A DNA stretch of 64,000 nucleotides from an uncultured Candidatus Berkelbacteria bacterium (lineage in GTDB: Bacteria; Patescibacteriota; UBA1384; UBA12157), in the NCBI GenBank assembly GCA_903877885.1, contig CAIRFN010000006.1, positions 156,332 through 220,331 of the forward strand. The letters run 5' to 3'. Each line of letters begins with the position of its first letter. The stretch's first letter is position 1. Below, piece after piece: positions 57,833 to 64,000 of the stretch. The notes beneath the pieces were generated by a model that was not told the origin of the DNA, ran no database searches, and saw only the letters and a list, made by a program, of their open reading frames with translations. The translations under genes and the position numbers were made by a program.

Positions 57833-57933
57833 TTTGACAAAATATCCGGTACAATGTTATTGTAGTAAAAGAAAGCCGAAGGTTTAAATCACCTGATTTT
57901 TAAATATTGAAGAAAAAACAAAGGAGAGATTAG

Positions 57934-60900
57934 ATGCCAGCACAACAAGAATATACCGCTAAAAATATTACTGTTTTAGAGGGACTCGAACCGGTTCGAA
58001 AACGACCGGGCATGTATATTGGGGGAACCGGACTCGAAGGTTTACACCATTTGATTTGGGAAATTGTGGATAACTCGTTCGATGAGGCAATGGCCGGATA
58101 CGCCAAACAAATCGATGTTGAGCTCTTGCCAGATAATAAAGTTCGCGTGATCGATGATGGTCGTGGCATTCCAGTGGATAAACATCCAACGACCGGAAAA
58201 TCCGCTTTGGAAACTGTCTACACTGTGCTTCACGCTGGTGGTAAATTTGGTGAAGGTGGTGGTTATAAAGTTTCCGGTGGTCTTCATGGTGTCGGCGCTT
58301 CGGTTGTAAACGCGCTTTCAACTCATTTGCGCGCTGAAGTTTATCGTGATGGTCATATTTATGCTCAAGAATATGCCAGAGGAAAAGTTTTGGGAGATGT
58401 CAAAATCGTGGGTGAAACTGATAAAGATAAACATGGTACAGCCATTACTTTTCAACCTGATCCGGAAATTTTTCCTAATACCACTTTTTCACTAGATACG
58501 ATTTTAAATCATTTGCGTCAGCAAGCTTATTTAACCAAAAAAATTCATTTGCGCGTGGTTGATCATCGGGAAAATCCTGATGAGCCAGGTTATAATTTTT
58601 ATTTTGAAGGCGGCGTGGCCAGTTTTGTTCGTCATATCAATAAAAATCGTGTGGCACTCAATGAACCACCGTTTTATTTTGAAAAAGAAGTGGCTGACAA
58701 TACGGTTGAAGTTTCGATTGCTTATACCGATGATTACAATGAACACGTTTACACCTTTGCGAACAATATTTATACAGTTGAAGGTGGAACCCATTTGACT
58801 GGTTTTCGCACCGCTTTGACTCGCGCCATCAATGATTACGTTAAAAAATCGGAAATGAATAAAGGTGGAGATTTAACTTTTTCTGGTGAAGATGTGCGTG
58901 AAGGTTTAACGGCTGTGGTTTCGGTAAAATTACCAAATCCGCAATTTGAAGGTCAGACCAAAGGAAAGCTCGGCAACCCGGAAATGAAAAATATGGTTGA
59001 GCAGGTGACTTATGAAGGTCTGTCTTATTATTTTGAAGAACATCCACAAGATGCCCGAAAGATTATTGAAAAATGCGCTTTGTCGATGCGTGCTCGGGTG
59101 GCTGCCCGCGCCGCGCGCGATACCGTGATTCGAAAAGGCGCTCTGGAGGGTATGACTTTGCCAGGTAAGCTAGCAGATTGTTCCAATAAAGATTCCGCTA
59201 ACTCCGAACTTTACATTGTCGAGGGTGATTCCGCCGGCGGATGTTGGGATGGAAATACTAAAATTGCCTTAGCCGATGGTCGCAATCTTTCATTTATTGA
59301 TTTAGTCAAAGAAGATAAACAAGGTAAACAGAATTTTTGCTACACGATGCAGAAAAATGGTCATATTGGTGTTGCTCCAATTTTGAGTCCAAGAATAACC
59401 AAACGAAATACCGAAGTTATCAAGGTTACTTTGGACAATAATGAAGAACTTATTTGTACCCCAGACCATTTGTTTATGTTAAGAGATGGATCATATTTAC
59501 AGGCAAAAGATTTAGACAGCAGTATGAGCTTAATGCCTTTAAGGAAAAAAACATCTCAATTGGGTGGACGAATTACGATTTCTGGTTATGAAATGGTCTT
59601 AAATCCTCAAAACCATAAATGGGTTTTTACACATTTACTAGCCGATAATTATAATCTTGAAAATAACGTTTATTTATCTGAAGATGGTAGTCATAAACAT
59701 CATCAGGATTTTAATAAATTAAATAATAATCCCGATAATATTATCCGTATGACTCCAACTGACCATCTTGATTTGCATCGATCACATGCTAATAAAACTT
59801 TGCATACTCCAGAAACTATTGCTAAATGCAATGCAATTAAAAAGACGGAAGCTTATCGAGAAAAAATCAGCGCCACGATTAAAAATAATTATGGCCAAAT
59901 GTTAAGCGAAAAAGCTAAAAAACAATGGAGCGATCCAGAATATAAAGAGTTTATGCTTCAAAAATATATGGCTTTTTTCAACCAAAATAAAGAATTTCGA
60001 ATACGAATTCTAAACACTATAAACGAAGCTCAAAAACAATATTGGGCTAAGCCGGAAAACCGAGCTAAACAAGCTGAAAAAGTTAAAGAATATTTTACAA
60101 CTCACCCGGAATTAAAAGCGATTTTAGCCGAGAAAGCCAAAACAGAATGGCAAGACGCGGAGTTATTGAATTGGCGTCGAGAAAAAACTAAAGAACAGTG
60201 GAATCAAGATTTTCGAGCTAAACGAAAAGTTGCCTATAACCAAGTTTATTTAAATACCGGTTTAAGTTTTGCTAAAAAAGTTCTGGAAAAAAACGGTCAA
60301 GTCGACTTATATAACCAAGAAAGATCGTCGCTACCAAAAAGAAATCCAAATCTTGTCAAAATGGAAACGCTGATTTCACGATTCTTTAATGGCAAAAAAG
60401 AAGAATTTGTTGAGGCAGTGGCCAATTTCAATCATAAAATTAAATCAATTGAAAAAATCAATCAAAAAATTGATGTCTATGATATCGAAGTTCCAAACAC
60501 GCATAACTTCGCCTTAGCCAGTGGTATTTTTGTACACAATAGTGCCAAACAGGGTCGGGACAGAAAATTCCAGGCAATATTGCCACTTCGCGGTAAGATT
60601 TTAAACGTCGAACGCGCCCGTATGGATAAAATGCTATCTAACGAGGAAATTAAGAATTTGATTATTGCGATGGGTACCAGCATTGGCGATACTCTGAATA
60701 TGGATAAAATGCGTTATGGTCGCGTCATCATTATGACTGATGCTGATGTTGACGGCGCCCATATTCGAACCTTATTATTAACTCTTTTCTATCGGCATTT
60801 TCAAGAAATCATTACCGGTGGACATTTGTTTATTGCCCAACCGCCGTTATTCTTGGTCCAAAAAGGTAAGACCAAACAATGGGCTTACAATGAAGGTCAG

Positions 60901-61152
60901 ATGGAACAAGCGGTTAAAAAGATGGGTAAAGATGGGGTTAATGTTCAGCGTTACAAAGGTTTGGGAGAAATGAACCCGGAGCAATTGTGGGACACCACGA
61001 TGAATCCGGAAAATCGAGTTTTACTTAAGGTTTCGGCTCATGATGCCGAGCGCGCTGATGAAATTTTTTCCATGTTGATGGGCGACGAAGTAGCTCCCAG
61101 AAAACGATTTATCCAAACTCATGCTAAAAATGTTAAAAACCTAGATGTATAG
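57934..61152 (+). CDS. gyrB: DNA gyrase subunit B, interrupted by an in-frame intein
   Basis: GHKL ATPase, TOPRIM and C-terminal GyrB motifs. The host sequence EGDSAGG | SAKQGRDR is split by a 433-aa insert; the extein totals 639 aa. Confidence 0.95.
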   Translation: MPAQQEYTAKNITVLEGLEPVRKRPGMYIGGTGLEGLHHLIWEIVDNSFDEAMAGYAKQIDVELLPDNKVRVIDDGRGIPVDKHPTTGKSALETVYTVLHAGGKFGEGGGYKVSGGLHGVGASVVNALSTHLRAEVYRDGHIYAQEYARGKVLGDVKIVGETDKDKHGTAITFQPDPEIFPNTTFSLDTILNHLRQQAYLTKKIHLRVVDHRENPDEPGYNFYFEGGVASFVRHINKNRVALNEPPFYFEKEVADNTVEVSIAYTDDYNEHVYTFANNIYTVEGGTHLTGFRTALTRAINDYVKKSEMNKGGDLTFSGEDVREGLTAVVSVKLPNPQFEGQTKGKLGNPEMKNMVEQVTYEGLSYYFEEHPQDARKIIEKCALSMRARVAARAARDTVIRKGALEGMTLPGKLADCSNKDSANSELYIVEGDSAGGCWDGNTKIALADGRNLSFIDLVKEDKQGKQNFCYTMQKNGHIGVAPILSPRITKRNTEVIKVTLDNNEELICTPDHLFMLRDGSYLQAKDLDSSMSLMPLRKKTSQLGGRITISGYEMVLNPQNHKWVFTHLLADNYNLENNVYLSEDGSHKHHQDFNKLNNNPDNIIRMTPTDHLDLHRSHANKTLHTPETIAKCNAIKKTEAYREKISATIKNNYGQMLSEKAKKQWSDPEYKEFMLQKYMAFFNQNKEFRIRILNTINEAQKQYWAKPENRAKQAEKVKEYFTTHPELKAILAEKAKTEWQDAELLNWRREKTKEQWNQDFRAKRKVAYNQVYLNTGLSFAKKVLEKNGQVDLYNQERSSLPKRNPNLVKMETLISRFFNGKKEEFVEAVANFNHKIKSIEKINQKIDVYDIEVPNTHNFALASGIFVHNSAKQGRDRKFQAILPLRGKILNVERARMDKMLSNEEIKNLIIAMGTSIGDTLNMDKMRYGRVIIMTDADVDGAHIRTLLLTLFYRHFQEIITGGHLFIAQPPLFLVQKGKTKQWAYNEGQMEQAVKKMGKDGVNVQRYKGLGEMNPEQLWDTTMNPENRVLLKVSAHDAERADEIFSMLMGDEVAPRKRFIQTHAKNVKNLDV
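59242..60540 (+). mobile_element. GyrB intein (Ssp GyrB-type) with an HNH-family homing endonuclease region
   Basis: Begins with Cys (CWDGNTKIALADGRNLSFIDL) and ends ...NTHNFALASGIFVHN followed by Ser. The internal SHKHHQDF..NPDNIIRMTPTDHLDLHRSH is HNH-like, followed by KA..EW helical repeats. It resembles the Synechocystis GyrB intein blocks (VIKVTLDN..ICTPDH..MLRDGSY). Confidence 0.85.
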
Positions 61153-61160
61153 AGGATAAT

Positions 61161-61370
61161 ATGCCTAATATTGAACCAGAACCAAATCAATTTAAAAATA
61201 GTGACAATCAAATCGAAGAACCGAATGTAATTTTGGAAACTCAAAAAGAACATAAAGATTGGTATAATGTCAATCAAATGGGCCGCCAAGGCAATCGTCC
61301 AGTCAATGTCCCTCGCGAAATCAAAAAAGAAAAAGGCACCCATAAACGCAGTTCAAGTAAGGGAAGATAA
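61161..61370 (+). CDS. Hypothetical small basic protein between gyrB and gyrA
   Basis: 69-aa ORF starting 8 nt after gyrB; low-complexity and K/R-rich. Confidence 0.25.
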   Translation: MPNIEPEPNQFKNSDNQIEEPNVILETQKEHKDWYNVNQMGRQGNRPVNVPREIKKEKGTHKRSSSKGR

Positions 61371-61390
61371 TCTAAGGAAGGAAGAGCAAA

Positions 61391-64000
61391 ATGGCAGACA
61401 AAGACGAACAAGACAAAAAAGATAAAAAAGAAGAAGCTGATGAATCTGAAGAAATAGCAGAAACCGATGATTCAGAAGAATCGGCTGATATTGATGAAAT
61501 CGAAAATCCGGAAACAGAACTTAATCCAGAAGAATTAGCCAAAGAGGAAGCGATTTTTAACTTTGGCAAGGATTCGGGTGAAGAGGAAAAAACTGATTAC
61601 GGTATGATCAAAATGAGAGACTTGGAACTTGAAATGCAGGAGTCTTATTTGGATTATGCCATGTCGGTAATCGTGGCTCGGGCTTTGCCTGATGTTCGCG
61701 ATGGTCTTAAACCGGTTCATCGCCGCGTACTTTTTTCGATGCATGAGTTAGGTCTAACCGCCAAAGCCAAATATCGAAAATCCGCCCTTGTGGTTGGAGA
61801 CGTTTTGGGTAAATATCATCCTCATGGCGATATCGCTGTTTACGATACATTGGTTCGTATGGCTCAAAGCTTTTCGATGCGTTACCAGTTGGTTGATGGC
61901 CAGGGAAACTTTGGCTCAATCGATGGCGACTCGGCGGCCGCCATGCGTTACACTGAATGTCGCATGTCCAGTTTTTCCGAAGAAATGTTGGCTGATATTG
62001 AAAAAGATACGGTCGATTTTGTGCCAAACTATGATTCGACTCGTGAAGAGCCGCGCGTACTACCGAGCAAATTGCCAAACTTACTACTCAACGGTTCAAT
62101 GGGCATTGCTGTTGGTATGGCAACCAATATCCCGCCTCATAACCTGGGCGAATTAGTCGATGGTGTGACGCACTTAATCGATAATCCCGATTGTACCATG
62201 GAAGATTTGATGCAATTTGTTAAAGGTCCGGATTTCCCGACCGGCGCTGAAATTTACGGGCTTAGCCAAATCAAGAATGCCTACGCTACCGGTCGCGGTT
62301 CAATTGTGATGCGCGCCGTCAGTTCTATTGAAGAATTAAAGCGTGGCGGTTTTAGAATTGTGATTTCCGCTCTACCTTATCAGGTTAACAAAGCTGATCT
62401 TATTTCTAAAATTGCCGATTTAGTTAAAGATAAAAAATTGGAAGGTATTTCCGGGTTGCGTGATGAATCCGATCGGACTGAAGGTATTCGCATCGTAATT
62501 GATCTTAAAGCCACTGCCTATCCGAAAAAAATCTTAAATCGATTATATGAATTGACTTTAATGCAGACATCCTTCCATGTGAATATGTTGGCCTTAATTG
62601 ATGGAATTCAACCACGTATTTTAACTTTAAAAACTGTTTTAGAAGAATATTTAAAGCATCGTCAAATTGTGGTTCGTCGTCGAACCGAGTTTGAACTTAA
62701 GAAAGCCAAAGACCGCGCTCATATTTTGGAAGGTTTGCGCATTGCTTTGGCTCGAATCGATGAAGTCGTGGAAGTAATCAAAAAGAGTAAAACCAGAGAA
62801 GAGGCGAAAGCTTCGCTTTGTGCAAAATTCGAACTGACTGAAATTCAAGCCAACGCTATTTTGGAAATGCGCTTATCGGCCTTGGCTGCTTTGGAAGTCC
62901 AAAAAATTGAAGAAGAATATCAAGCTTTAATTACTTTAATCAAAGAATTAGAAGAAATTTTAGCTTCGGAACCCAAGATTTTAGGTATTATTAAAAAAGA
63001 ATTACTAGATATTAAAAAGCGTTTTCCTGATCCGCGTCGGACCCAGATTTTTGAACAAGAAATTGGCAAATTCCGGGCTGAAGATTTAATTCCTTCAGAA
63101 CAAGTAATTGTCATGCTAACCAAAGGTAATTACGTTAAACGAATGCCGGTTTCGGCTTATCGCTCGCAAGTTCGTGGCGGTAAAGGTGTTTTGGGTATGG
63201 AAACTAAAGAAGAAGATGTAATTGAACACATGTTGGCTGCCAATACTCACGATGATTTACTCTTTTTTACTGACCGTGGTCGGATTTTTCAGACTAAAGT
63301 TTATGATTTACCATCAGCTTCCAGAATTTCCAAAGGTCAAGCGGTGGTTAATATTTTACAGATTTCGCCAGATGAAAAAGTCACAGCCGTGATTGCGCTT
63401 GATAGTGAAGATAAAGAAAAATTGAAATATTTTGTGATGGTAACTGAACGCGGCGTGATGAAAAAGAGTGAAATCGCTTTATACAAAAACGTTCGCAAAA
63501 CTGGGATTGTGGCGATTAAATTAAGCGCCAACGATAAATTGCGTTGGGTCAAAACCACTTCTGGCGCGGATAAGATTTTCATTGCCTCGGCTCAAGGACA
63601 ATCGATTTTGTTTGATGAAAAAGACGCTCGACCAATGGGGCGTTCCGCCGCTGGTGTTCGAGGAATTCATTTACGCGGCGAAGATAAAGTGATCGGTGTG
63701 GATGTGGTTTTGCCAAGTCTTGAAGAAAAAGCTTTTGTTTTGGCGGTTTTGGAAAACGGTTTTGGTAAACGCACGCCTTTACCACAGTTTAAGATTCAAC
63801 TTCGCGGTGGTATGGGAATTCGCGTAGCAGCGGTGGCCGCTCGAACCGGCAAAGTCGTGGCTACCCACGTGGTTTATGGTGATGTTGCTGATGTTATTTT
63901 AGCCAGTAAACAAGGCCAAATTATCCGGATGGATTTGGCGACAATTAAGATTTTGGGTCGCGACACTCAAGGTGTGACTTTGATGAAAATGCATGATAAT
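61391..64000 (+). CDS. gyrA: DNA gyrase subunit A (3' end beyond the window) with a ~50-aa acidic N-terminal extension
   Basis: AAGGAAGGAAG Shine-Dalgarno; [32 protein letters not shown], the active-site region [11 protein letters not shown], and GyrA-box-type C-terminal repeats. No stop codon before position 64000. Confidence 0.9.
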   Translation, partial: MADKDEQDKKDKKEEADESEEIAETDDSEESADIDEIENPETELNPEELAKEEAIFNFGKDSGEEEKTDYGMIKMRDLELEMQESYLDYAMSVIVARALPDVRDGLKPVHRRVLFSMHELGLTAKAKYRKSALVVGDVLGKYHPHGDIAVYDTLVRMAQSFSMRYQLVDGQGNFGSIDGDSAAAMRYTECRMSSFSEEMLADIEKDTVDFVPNYDSTREEPRVLPSKLPNLLLNGSMGIAVGMATNIPPHNLGELVDGVTHLIDNPDCTMEDLMQFVKGPDFPTGAEIYGLSQIKNAYATGRGSIVMRAVSSIEELKRGGFRIVISALPYQVNKADLISKIADLVKDKKLEGISGLRDESDRTEGIRIVIDLKATAYPKKILNRLYELTLMQTSFHVNMLALIDGIQPRILTLKTVLEEYLKHRQIVVRRRTEFELKKAKDRAHILEGLRIALARIDEVVEVIKKSKTREEAKASLCAKFELTEIQANAILEMRLSALAALEVQKIEEEYQALITLIKELEEILASEPKILGIIKKELLDIKKRFPDPRRTQIFEQEIGKFRAEDLIPSEQVIVMLTKGNYVKRMPVSAYRSQVRGGKGVLGMETKEEDVIEHMLAANTHDDLLFFTDRGRIFQTKVYDLPSASRISKGQAVVNILQISPDEKVTAVIALDSEDKEKLKYFVMVTERGVMKKSEIALYKNVRKTGIVAIKLSANDKLRWVKTTSGADKIFIASAQGQSILFDEKDARPMGRSAAGVRGIHLRGEDKVIGVDVVLPSLEEKAFVLAVLENGFGKRTPLPQFKIQLRGGMGIRVAAVAARTGKVVATHVVYGDVADVILASKQGQIIRMDLATIKILGRDTQGVTLMKMHDN

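Noticed and set aside
61372-62078. Minus-strand ORFs (61372..61569, 61535..61744, 61707..62078) and the plus-strand ORF 61788..62156.
   Set aside because: They are embedded in the strongly supported gyrA reading frame.
1-64000. Alternative genetic code (UGA recoding, as in some CPR lineages).
   Set aside because: Long conserved genes (uvrA, gyrB, the P-type ATPase, rny) read through in the standard code with canonical stops.

Overview
This is an AT-rich, gene-dense bacterial chromosome segment with many short intergenic gaps. Several features point to a reduced-genome, CPR/Patescibacteria-like organism: a ThrRS lacking its N-terminal domains, a Def-Fmt fusion, a MiaB-like enzyme without a TRAM domain, and ribosomal proteins with charged tails. 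This lineage assignment is an inference. Long ORFs read in the standard genetic code.

Content in order:
- The 3' end of a C39-like peptidase gene, then rny.
- A minus-strand ABC-2 transporter operon flanked by two small GC-rich foreign-looking ORFs.
- tRNA-Arg and tRNA-Pro with tRNA debris around them, then an AI-2E transporter, an XRE-HTH protein carrying an Hsp20-like tail, pyrH and udk.
- tRNA-Val with a degenerate duplicate, then a D-2-hydroxyacid dehydrogenase.
- A ~650-nt stretch that is ORF-poor because it encodes tmRNA (ssrA) on the minus strand.
- A secreted CHAP hydrolase preceded by a long structured GC-rich leader, then smpB.
- A REP-flanked IS200/RAYT-type transposase module.
- A complete thymidylate-cycle cluster (dut, dCMP deaminase, thyA, folA, glyA, plus a P-loop kinase) followed by thrS.
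- On the minus strand: a MiaB-like radical-SAM enzyme, rplY, trmD, a KH protein, rpsP, a fused def-fmt gene, a GT4 glycosyltransferase, a PriA homolog with degenerate ATPase motifs, an AMMECR1 plus LigB-like pair, lepB and tRNA-Val.
- lgt, an MBL hydrolase, then infC-rpmI-rplT, a DAGK-like kinase and bactofilin on the minus strand.
- uvrA, a membrane-fused spermidine synthase, RNase P RNA (rnpB), tRNA-Gln and a small repeat-flanked hypothetical locus.
- A P-type ATPase, an RRM protein with a structured leader, a secreted Memo-like protein plus a large secreted hypothetical, and a polysaccharide cluster (priming sugar transferase, GT4, Wzz-like, DUF4012).
- A VIT-family transporter, gyrB interrupted by a 433-aa HNH-type intein, and the start of gyrA.

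No CRISPR array or rRNA was seen.
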